In this document: positions 22,050 through 30,042 of the stretch, piece after piece
How positions within the stretch are numbered: position 1 is the first letter of the stretch
How the letters are laid out: each line of letters begins with the position of its first letter
Position numbers and translations under genes: made by a program
Notes under the pieces: model-generated
Told to the model about the DNA's origin: nothing
Seen by the model: only the letters and a program-made list of their open reading frames with translations
Database searches by the model: none
Assembly (NCBI RefSeq): GCF_965662675.1
Contig: NZ_CBFIIK010000003.1
Coordinates: 13,401 to 77,400 of the forward strand
Direction of reading: 5' to 3'
DNA from: Roseicyclus sp.
GTDB lineage: Bacteria; Pseudomonadota; Alphaproteobacteria; Rhodobacterales; Rhodobacteraceae
Length of the DNA stretch: 64,000 nucleotides

Positions 22050-22412
22050 CTGCCCGTCCTCGCCCCGCAATTGACAGCCCATTTCGTGGCCTTTCTGCAT
22101 CACTAGCACGAAAGGCGAACATTGCCTAGCGAATGGTCCCTTTGTCGCTGTGAAAAGTCGCTTTTGACCGATGTCGGAATCGCACCGCCAAAAAGCGTCA
22201 TCCGACGATGTGAAAGCGACATTGAATTTCCCGAAAACCCCTTTGATTATTGCGCGAAACGGCTCCTTTCGAGGCATGCGCAGATTGCATGTGACCCATG
22301 CACAAACGCGCATTGTGTGCCGTATTCCGCACATCTAGATGCGGCGTCTGAACACAGGCTCAACGCACTCGCAGCGCTTGGCCGAAAAGTTGAACCCGAA
22401 AGGAAACGCCAG

Positions 22413-22619
22413 ATGGCCCTTATCACGAACCGCCCCCTCGGCGCCGGCTTCGGCGCATCCCGTCTTCTGGCCGAAGTTTTCGGCCGGATCGCCGCATGGA
22501 ATGACGCGCGCGTCACGCGCAAAAGCCTCTCGGCCTTGACCGACCGCGAATTGGAAGATCTGGGCCTTGTGCGCGGTGATATCGACGATATCGCCCGCGG
22601 CACCTATCAGCGCGGGTGA
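22413..22619 (+). CDS. DUF1127 domain-containing small protein
   Basis: 68 aa with the C-terminal LSALTDRELEDLGLVRGDIDDIA signature. AGGAAA upstream of the ATG; terminator directly downstream. Confidence 0.8.
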   Translation: MALITNRPLGAGFGASRLLAEVFGRIAAWNDARVTRKSLSALTDRELEDLGLVRGDIDDIARGTYQRG

Positions 22620-22640
22620 ACCAACCACTCCCGAAAATAA

Positions 22641-22680
22641 AGGCGCCCCCGAAGCAGATCGGGGGCGCCTTTTTCTTTTA
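22641..22680 (+). terminator. Rho-independent terminator of the DUF1127 gene
   Basis: AGGCGCCCCC-N10-GGGGGCGCCT followed by TTTTTCTTTT. Confidence 0.85.
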
Positions 22681-22706
22681 TTGGCAAGATCGTTCTGGAC
22701 AGCCCG

Positions 22707-23084
22707 TCAAAGGGCCACCGCAGATTGTCGCCAAGCCATGATATACCCCCATATCCAATCATACTGGCCGACCACCCACATGGTCAGTTGATCAGGCATA
22801 AGGATACGCGCCGCGGCTTGTTCGAAGCGCGATCCACTCAGCAGTCGCAGCATCTCCAACTGATAAAGCTCCAAGCCAAGGAACCAGATCAGATAGGCCT
22901 TCACCATCACGGCGATGACGAAAGCCAAAATCAGGCCCTTGAGCGGGAAACCAAATCTCAGGCGACGCTGTTTCGGCACAAGAAGACCGTTCGATTGCAA
23001 CACGAACTCGCCCACCACCCGGTCACGCCGGGCACGGTTAATTCGATCCACGCGAGACCGAAAATTAGGATAGTCCTGATTCAT
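22707..23084 (-). CDS. Hypothetical small membrane protein
   Basis: 125 aa with one or two hydrophobic helices, in a lower-GC stretch. No SD is evident and I recognise no family. Confidence 0.4.
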   Translation of the reverse strand: MNQDYPNFRSRVDRINRARRDRVVGEFVLQSNGLLVPKQRRLRFGFPLKGLILAFVIAVMVKAYLIWFLGLELYQLEMLRLLSGSRFEQAAARILMPDQLTMWVVGQYDWIWGYIMAWRQSAVAL

Positions 23085-23170
23085 TGGGCAACTCGAACGT
23101 TCAAAGTTGCCCCCACCGCGTGGATATTTACCACGAGTCGCCGAAAACTGCGAGTGAATTGGGGCGGAAT

Positions 23171-24046
23171 TTAGGCGTGTTTACGGCACAAGGTCAGCGT
23201 GGCCCAATCCCCGATCTCGCGATGATCCTTCAACTCGAAACCCGCCGCGACATAGGCGGCCGTCACATCAGGCGCTTGATCGATCAAAAGCCCCGACAAG
23301 ATGACATGACCATCCGCGGCTGAATGCGCGGCCATATCAGGCGCCAACTCGATCAGCGGACCCTTGAGAATATTTGCAAAAACAAGATCATAAGGCGCGC
23401 GCGCGGCAAGATCGACATGGTCGAAACCAGCCGCCTCCACACAGGCGATACCCCCCGCCACACCATTGGCCGCAGCATTGGCCAAGGCAACATCGACGGC
23501 GACCGGATCGATGTCAGAGGCGATGACATCCCCCTCCAAAACCTTGGCGGCAGCGATGGCAAGAACCGCCGTGCCACAACCGATATCGGCCACATTTTTG
23601 AACGAATTCCCAGCGTTCAACAGTTTGTCCATCGCTTCGAGACAACCTTGCGTCGTCCCATGATGCCCTGTGCCAAAGGCCATCGCAGCCTCGATCAACA
23701 GGCCGATCCGCCCATCCGGCACCTTGTCGGCATCATGCGCGCCATAGACGAAGAACCGCCCGGCATTTACGGGGTGCAATTCCCGGCGCACATGCGCGAC
23801 CCAATCGGTTTCGGGAAGTTCCGATATCGCGAAAGGCCGCGCCCCATGCGCTGCGGCCAGCAACATCAGCGCGATCTCGTCGGGCGCCTCGGTGAAATAA
23901 GCGCCGACTTCCCATAGACCTGACCCGTCCTCCATTTCGAAGACGCCGACGCCGGTCGGCTCGGGCGTCATCTCTTCCAACGCAGCACCCAGCGCCTCGG
24001 CCATGATCTTCTCGGGCAGGGTCGTCAGCGCGGTCCAGGTGGGCAT
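23171..24046 (-). CDS. prmA: Ribosomal protein L11 methyltransferase
   Basis: FGTGHHGTTQGCL and DIGCGTAVLAIAA SAM-methyltransferase motifs. Confidence 0.9.
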   Translation of the reverse strand: MPTWTALTTLPEKIMAEALGAALEEMTPEPTGVGVFEMEDGSGLWEVGAYFTEAPDEIALMLLAAAHGARPFAISELPETDWVAHVRRELHPVNAGRFFVYGAHDADKVPDGRIGLLIEAAMAFGTGHHGTTQGCLEAMDKLLNAGNSFKNVADIGCGTAVLAIAAAKVLEGDVIASDIDPVAVDVALANAAANGVAGGIACVEAAGFDHVDLAARAPYDLVFANILKGPLIELAPDMAAHSAADGHVILSGLLIDQAPDVTAAYVAAGFELKDHREIGDWATLTLCRKHA

Positions 24047-24086
24047 TTGCGGGCTCCGTTCGGGTCAGGTCAAACTCGCCCTGCCC

Positions 24087-25352
24087 CTACGCGCTTGTCC
24101 CGCTCTTGGCAACGTCCGCGCCGCGCCGCGCGACCAATGTGGTCTCATGTCCCGGTTCGGGGTGGCGCGGCACAAGACAGGACAGGCCCAAGGACACCGC
24201 TGCCATCCCCGCCGCCAGTACAAAGACCGATATCGGTGATGTAAGCCAGACATAGCCCAGCAATGCGGGCAAGAACACGGCCGCGATATGGTTGATGGTG
24301 AAAGCCACCGCCGCCGTCGGCGCGATATCGCCGGGATCGGCGATCTTCTGGAAATAGGTCTTGATCGCCAAGGCCAGCGCGAAGAACAGATGATTGGCGA
24401 TATACAGCCCCGCCGCCACCATAGGGCCCCAGTCAAAGATATAGAGCGCGGCATAAAGCAAGAAGATGGCACCCAACCCGCCATATTCCACGATCAAGGC
24501 CAACCTTTCCCCGAAGCGCGCCACCACCGCCCCCAAAAGCGGTGCCACGACCATATTGGCAAGCAGCGTCACCATGAACAGCGCCGTGACCTCATGCACG
24601 GCAAAGCCATAGCGCTCTACCATCATGAAAGCCGCGAAAACGACGAAGATCTGCCGCCGCGCGCCCGACATGAATTGCAACGCATAATAGAGCCAATAGC
24701 GCCGGCGCAGCACCATCTTCTTGGTCTGCGGGTTCGGGCTTTCGAATTGCGGATAGGCCCAAAGGCACAGCAGCGCGATCGCCGCCGTCACACCGCCCGC
24801 CAGCCAATAGACAAGATCATAGCTCAGATCATAGGCCCGCCATGTCAGCACGATCAGCCCATAGGCAAGGAATGTCGCCCCCGAGCCTACGGCCATCAAC
24901 CAGCCCAGAACCTGCGGCGCGCGCTTCTTGTCGATCCATTGTAACTGCAGCGATTGGTTGACCGTCTCGTAATAGTGAAAGCCGATCGAACTGATCAGCG
25001 TGATCATCAACAAGCCACCCAAGCTAGGAAATTGCGCCGTCAGCGCGGTCGCCACACCAAGCATCAAAAGCGACACCAGCCCCAGCAGCTGCTCGCGGAT
25101 AAAGATGATCAAGGCAATAACCCCGATGGCGAAAAACCCCGGTATCTCGCGCACGGTATGCAGCCAGCCGATATCGGCCCCGTCGAAACCCGCCATCTCG
25201 ATGACGAAATTGTTCAGCAGCGCCGACCAAGTGGCAAAGGCCACCGGCATGGCGAACGCCATCAGCACCAAAAGCGCAATGGGGCGCCGCCAGAACGGCA
25301 GCCCTTGCGCCTGCGCAAGCGAGAGGGTGCTGAAACGATCGCCATATGCCAT
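24087..25352 (-). CDS. MFS transporter
   Basis: 421 aa with about 12 TM segments. Confidence 0.75.
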   Translation of the reverse strand: MAYGDRFSTLSLAQAQGLPFWRRPIALLVLMAFAMPVAFATWSALLNNFVIEMAGFDGADIGWLHTVREIPGFFAIGVIALIIFIREQLLGLVSLLMLGVATALTAQFPSLGGLLMITLISSIGFHYYETVNQSLQLQWIDKKRAPQVLGWLMAVGSGATFLAYGLIVLTWRAYDLSYDLVYWLAGGVTAAIALLCLWAYPQFESPNPQTKKMVLRRRYWLYYALQFMSGARRQIFVVFAAFMMVERYGFAVHEVTALFMVTLLANMVVAPLLGAVVARFGERLALIVEYGGLGAIFLLYAALYIFDWGPMVAAGLYIANHLFFALALAIKTYFQKIADPGDIAPTAAVAFTINHIAAVFLPALLGYVWLTSPISVFVLAAGMAAVSLGLSCLVPRHPEPGHETTLVARRGADVAKSGTSA

Positions 25353-25414
25353 GGATCGCCCTTACGCCCCTTCGCCGCCCGCGTCCATCGCCTCGAAAGC
25401 GCGGATCACCGCGT

Positions 25415-25489
25415 CATCTTTGCTTTTCAAATACTCCGGGGGTGCGGGGGCAGCGCCCCCGTGACCCGAGCCCCGCCAAGGGCGGGGCG
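25415..25489 (-). repeat. Structured repeat, copy A (tail + GGGGGCAGCGCCCCC hairpin + GCCCCGCC/GGCGGGGC hairpin)
   Basis: The reverse complement reads GGGGGCGCTGCCCCC..CCCCCGGAGTATTTGAAAAGCAAAGATG. It lies 3' of hss and about 60 nt 5' of the MFS ATG. Confidence 0.75.
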
Positions 25490-25538
25490 CGACACCAGCC
25501 GCGCAGCCGTAGTCTGCACCTTTCGATCGACGCAGGGG

Positions 25539-26960
25539 TCAGCTGGCCAATACATTGCGAAAAGCCCAAGGCTCTTCGGGGTCGATATCCTCGGGAAACA
25601 GTTCCCAGCGGTCCTGCAAAGGCGTCCAATCAGTATAATGCGCCTCGACCGGGCCCAGATAGGGCCGCTGCACCTCAAGGCAGCGCGCATGATCCATCTC
25701 ATCGGCCTCGACGATCCCCGCACCGGGGTTCTCCAAGGCCCAGACCATCCCCGCCAGAACCGCACTCGTCACCTGTAGCCCGGTGGCGTTTTGATAGGGG
25801 GCAAGATCGCGCGTCTCGGCATTGGACAGGCGCGAACCGAACCAAAGCGCGTTCTTCTCGTGGCCATAGAGCAGCACGCCCAACTCATCGATCCCCTCGA
25901 CGATCTCATCTTCGGCAAGGATATGATGCTTTTCCTGCGCCCGCCCCGAGCCGAACATCTCGTGCAAGCTCAGCACCGCGTCGTCGCAGGGATGATAAGC
26001 ATAGTGACAGGTCGGCCGATATTCCGGCGCCGCGCCTTGGCCCACGGTGTAGTAATCCGCGATCGAGATCGCTTCGTTATGGGTGACCAGAAAGCCGAAT
26101 TGCGGCCCCGGCGTCGGGCACCAGCTATGCACGCGGGTGATCGCGCCGGGACGGTCCAGCCAGATCGCGGCCTGACAGCCGGTATCGTGGCGATAGCCGT
26201 TCTCGGGGAACCACGGCTCATGCGTGCCCCACCCCAGCTCCGCGGGCTGGAACCCTTCGGCGATGAAGCCCTCGACCGACCACGTGTTGACGAAGACGCC
26301 GCGCGGGCGCGGCACACGGCGCGCCTGGGTGTCGCGCTCGGCGATATGCACACCTTTTACACCCAGATCGCGCATCAGCCCCGCCCAAGCGGCACGATCT
26401 TGTGGCATACCGACATCATGCCCGGTGTCGCGCGCCAGCGTCAAAAGCGCCTCTTTCACGAACCATGACACCATGCCGGGATTGGCCCCGCAGCACGAGA
26501 TTGCGGTCGACCCGCCGGGGTTGGCGGCCTTTTCATCGCGCACCGCTTGGCGCAGCGCATAATTGGTGCGCGCGGCATTATCCGTCGTGCCGAAGTAATA
26601 GCCCGCCCAAGGCTCTACCACGGTGTCGATATAAGGAACGCCGATCTCGCGGCAGTAGCGCATCAAGTCGAGCGAGGATGTATCGACACTCAGGTTGACG
26701 CAAAACCCTTTTCCCGGCTCCAAAAGACGGCCCAGCACGGCGCGGTAATTCTCGGGCGTCAGCGCCTCTTGCACATGGGTCAGGCGATGCTGGCGCAGGA
26801 AGTTGGCCTGTGCCGCGTCGGGTTCGATCACCACCAGCTTGTCGGCATCATAATCGAAATGCCGTTCGATCAAGGGCCAAGTGCCTTTGCCGATCGAACC
26901 GAAGCCGATGATCACGATCGGGCCGTCGATGCGGCCGTAGATGGGATGGGTCTGCGCCAT
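25539..26960 (-). CDS. hss: Homospermidine synthase
   Basis: 473 aa with RIDGPIVIIGFGSIGKGT...FCVNLSVDTSSLD...YIDTVVEPW, matching the bacterial HSS pattern as I recall it. Confidence 0.88.
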   Translation of the reverse strand: MAQTHPIYGRIDGPIVIIGFGSIGKGTWPLIERHFDYDADKLVVIEPDAAQANFLRQHRLTHVQEALTPENYRAVLGRLLEPGKGFCVNLSVDTSSLDLMRYCREIGVPYIDTVVEPWAGYYFGTTDNAARTNYALRQAVRDEKAANPGGSTAISCCGANPGMVSWFVKEALLTLARDTGHDVGMPQDRAAWAGLMRDLGVKGVHIAERDTQARRVPRPRGVFVNTWSVEGFIAEGFQPAELGWGTHEPWFPENGYRHDTGCQAAIWLDRPGAITRVHSWCPTPGPQFGFLVTHNEAISIADYYTVGQGAAPEYRPTCHYAYHPCDDAVLSLHEMFGSGRAQEKHHILAEDEIVEGIDELGVLLYGHEKNALWFGSRLSNAETRDLAPYQNATGLQVTSAVLAGMVWALENPGAGIVEADEMDHARCLEVQRPYLGPVEAHYTDWTPLQDRWELFPEDIDPEEPWAFRNVLAS

Positions 26961-26985
26961 TCGTGGGGCCTCCTATCGCCTGAAC

Positions 26986-27021
26986 GAAACAAAAAGGGCC
27001 GCGCCAGCTTGGCACGGCCCC
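26986..27021 (-). terminator. Rho-independent terminator of rpsD
   Basis: Minus-strand RNA reads GGGCCGUGCC-AAGCU-GGCGCGGCCC then UUUUUGUUU. The single mismatch is a G-U pair on this strand. Confidence 0.8.
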
Positions 27022-27043
27022 CTGAACTTGCGTGCAACAGTTA

Positions 27044-27664
27044 TCAGTTCTGTGCGTAGTATTCGATAACGAGATTCGGTTCCATCACCACCGGATAGGG
27101 CACATCGCCCAAGCCCGGGGTGCGCACGAAGGTGGCGATCATCTTGGAATGATCGACCTCGAGGTAATCGGGAACATCGCGCTCGGCCAATTGCACGGCT
27201 TCGAGAAGCACGGTCATCTGCTTGGACTTCTGACGCACCTCGATCACATCGCCTTCCTTCACGCGGTAGGAGGGGATGTTCACCCGCTGACCGTTCACCG
27301 TCACATGGCCGTGGTTCACGAACTGGCGTGCGGCGAAGATGGTGGCGACGAATTTCGCGCGGTAGACGACAGCGTCCAAGCGGCGCTCGAGCAGGCCGAT
27401 GAGCAATTCGCCCGTGTCACCACGGCGACGCTCGGCTTCGGTGAAGATGCGGCGGAACTGCTTTTCGGTCAGATCGCCGTAATAGCCCTTCAGCTTTTGC
27501 TTTGCGCGCAGCTGCAGGCCGAAGTCCGACATCTTGCCCTTGCGGCGCTGACCATGCTGGCCGGGGCCGTATTCGCGCTTGTTCACCGGGGATTTCGGAC
27601 GACCCCAGATGTTCTCACCCATCCGGCGGTCGATCTTATACTTGGCAGAGGTGCGTTTGGTCAC
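27044..27664 (-). CDS. rpsD: 30S ribosomal protein S4
   Basis: 206 aa, [26 protein letters not shown]... with an S4 domain. Confidence 0.97.
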   Translation of the reverse strand: MTKRTSAKYKIDRRMGENIWGRPKSPVNKREYGPGQHGQRRKGKMSDFGLQLRAKQKLKGYYGDLTEKQFRRIFTEAERRRGDTGELLIGLLERRLDAVVYRAKFVATIFAARQFVNHGHVTVNGQRVNIPSYRVKEGDVIEVRQKSKQMTVLLEAVQLAERDVPDYLEVDHSKMIATFVRTPGLGDVPYPVVMEPNLVIEYYAQN

Positions 27665-27824
27665 CGTCTGATCTCCTCTTCATGCATCGAGAGGGCGTTG
27701 TCCTTTCCCCGGATTTTGCCGAGGCGACAGGCATTCCCTTGCGGGGGCCACCAACACCAATATGAACAGCGGCCCATTCGGACCGCCGCGTGAGCGCGCC
27801 GTTTAGGCCGAAGCGGCGGGGCTG

Positions 27825-28904
27825 TCAATGCCGCGCGGACACCGCATGCGCCGGTGCGCCATGTAAAAGGATCGCGGCCTCGGCGCGGCTGACCATACGC
27901 CGGGCGGGTGGGCCGTAAAGATCGGGGTTGTCCGACAATTCCGGGCGCAGGTCGAACAACAGGTCGCGCTGCGCCCCGTTCAGATGATCGAGGCCCATGA
28001 AGCCGGGATGGAATGTCTCTACCTCCAGCCCATTGGCCCAGATCACCTCGTGGCGTTCCAGCATCAGGTGGATGTACCATGTCTCGCGCAGGGAATGATC
28101 GATGGTGATGAAGCGATCGCCCACCAGATCGGCGGCGCGCACCAGAACCTCGTCCTCGCCCCAGAGATCGCGGGCGGCGCGCCCCTTGACCAGAACGCGA
28201 TGCTCGGGGCTGACCACCAGATCATCTTCGGGTCGGTCAAGCCCCAATGCCCCGCGGCGCAACCTGACGGGGCGCTGTTCGGGCATGGCGAAAAGCCGCG
28301 CGCCCGACATGCGGCGATGGCCTGACCACAGTACCTCTTGGGGGCCGCTGTCGCGGGTCAAAAGCTTGTCGCCCGGCCCCAGATCCTCGATCGCCATCTC
28401 GCCTGTCTCGGTTTTCAGCCGCGTGCCGGGCGTGAAACAGATGACCGAGGGCCGTTCGGACGGGGTCGCGCGCAACATGCGCTCGGAGCAATGCAAAATG
28501 GTCAGATCGCGCTCGGGCGGCGGCATCTCACCCAAGAAAAGCAGCACCGGCTCGGCCGCATCATCGAGATTGATCGGCACAATGGTAAAGAGCTTGCGTT
28601 GATCCGTGACCACGAAGGCCCCGCGAAAGATCGGGTCGGCCTCGTCAGCGGCGATTTCGGCAGCACTGGGTGCGGGGCGCTGCATCAGCTTGCGCACCAC
28701 ACGTGCCGCGCGGGCGCGCAACTCGACATGTTCGGCGCTGTCTTGCAGCAACAATGCGCCGCCCTCGCCCGCCAAAGGGATCGCGCGGCCCTGCCAACGC
28801 CATGTCATGCCTTCCGAAAGATGAAGATGCCCTTGTGCCGGATATCCATCCAGCATGGTCTGCGCCCATGTGATCACGAACGCGCCCCGAAAGCCCGTGC
28901 TCAT
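27825..28904 (-). CDS. Hint (Hedgehog/intein-like) domain-containing protein
   Basis: CFTPGTRLKTETGEMAIEDLGPGDKLLTRD...VSPEHRVLV...HEVIWANGLEVETF. The N-terminal region of about 150 aa is unassigned. Confidence 0.75.
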   Translation of the reverse strand: MSTGFRGAFVITWAQTMLDGYPAQGHLHLSEGMTWRWQGRAIPLAGEGGALLLQDSAEHVELRARAARVVRKLMQRPAPSAAEIAADEADPIFRGAFVVTDQRKLFTIVPINLDDAAEPVLLFLGEMPPPERDLTILHCSERMLRATPSERPSVICFTPGTRLKTETGEMAIEDLGPGDKLLTRDSGPQEVLWSGHRRMSGARLFAMPEQRPVRLRRGALGLDRPEDDLVVSPEHRVLVKGRAARDLWGEDEVLVRAADLVGDRFITIDHSLRETWYIHLMLERHEVIWANGLEVETFHPGFMGLDHLNGAQRDLLFDLRPELSDNPDLYGPPARRMVSRAEAAILLHGAPAHAVSARH

Positions 28905-29018
28905 TGCCCCGCCTCATACTCGTTACGCGGCCAGCCGTTGATCGGCCATGCCTTTCGCAAAGGGTATCAAAAGTGATTCGCTATGTATAGCGCTCGATTC
29001 GCGCCGAGACACAAAATA

Positions 29019-29975
29019 TCAGAATCGCAGGTTCAAACTGAGCGATCCGACAAGCTGGCCCTCGGGCTGACCCACGAATTCTTCGGACATGTAGGTCACG
29101 CCGTAGAAGAAATTGCTGGTGCCGACCGCGTAATTCGCGCCAAGGCGCAGCCTTTGACGCGTGGGTTCGACCATGTAGCCGCGGCTCTCGGGCAGAAAGA
29201 CCGAGCTGTCGACATGCGCGACATCGCCGCCGATCAAAAACGACCAGCCGCTGCCTTCCGCATCCACGATGCCCGCGATGCGCTGCCCGGTAATAGGATC
29301 GCGCGCGCGCAAACCGCCTTGCCCCAGCGTGCCGATGGTCAGATCGACCCCGGCGCGGGCCATGTTCTCGACCCCGGCCTGAAGCTCGGCAAAGGGGCGC
29401 AACTCGCCCCATGACAGCGCGACCGCTTTCGCCATTTCTACCGTGCCGTGCAGATAGACACCGTTGGCGACTTGAAACCCTTCGACATCCATCCGTGGCA
29501 TCGAGAACCAATCATGGATTTGCGACTGCAAGCGCCGCACGCCCGATTGTTCGCCCGTCACGACCAGATCGGCCCCCGCCGTCACATCGAGCCCCTGCCA
29601 TCCCAGATGCGTGTGCGCGCCAAGCCACAGGCTACCGGCATAAAGCCGGTCCCCCGGCGCGGGGCGGGCCAGATTGTCAGGCGCCATCACCTCGCCACGC
29701 AGGCGATATTCCATGATCGTGAAGGGTTGGTTGGGCAACGCACCGAACCATTCCGCGCCGCGAAAGGCGCTGACCCCGTAGCCACCCGAACGCCAGCGAT
29801 CTTGCCTGTCGGCGATGGTGTCATTGGTAAAGACCCGCGCCATGCCGAGCGCTTGGCGTCCATCGACGTCTTGGGCCAAGGCCGGGGCGGCCCAGCCCAG
29901 AACAGCGATCGCCAAAGCCCCGAACCGGGTGAAACCGAAACCCATGATACCGACCCACGCAAAACAGCGGCGCAA
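29019..29975 (-). CDS. Outer-membrane beta-barrel protein, LpxR (lipid A 3-O-deacylase)/DUF2219-like
   Basis: Signal peptide, alternating beta-strand pattern, terminal F, and an FTNDT..DRWRSGGY motif resembling LpxR. The start may instead be 29945. Confidence 0.45.
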   Translation of the reverse strand: MRRCFAWVGIMGFGFTRFGALAIAVLGWAAPALAQDVDGRQALGMARVFTNDTIADRQDRWRSGGYGVSAFRGAEWFGALPNQPFTIMEYRLRGEVMAPDNLARPAPGDRLYAGSLWLGAHTHLGWQGLDVTAGADLVVTGEQSGVRRLQSQIHDWFSMPRMDVEGFQVANGVYLHGTVEMAKAVALSWGELRPFAELQAGVENMARAGVDLTIGTLGQGGLRARDPITGQRIAGIVDAEGSGWSFLIGGDVAHVDSSVFLPESRGYMVEPTRQRLRLGANYAVGTSNFFYGVTYMSEEFVGQPEGQLVGSLSLNLRF

Positions 29976-30042
29976 ACGCCCGCCCGTTACCCCGACTTAT
30001 GCGGCGGAATGCGGCGAAAATGTGGCGCGGCGCGGCCTTATC

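Noticed and set aside
21550-22334. N-terminally extended versions of genes in the ORF track: RuvC 262 aa, RuvA 260 aa, DUF1127 165 aa, XdhA 547 aa, XdhB 837 aa, ABC ATPase 691 aa, DUF938 290 aa, TolQ 251 aa, and others.
   Set aside because: The extensions are Arg/Gly/Pro-rich and overlap upstream genes or spacers. Internal starts reproduce the canonical N-termini and give SD motifs or 4-nt overlaps with the preceding gene.
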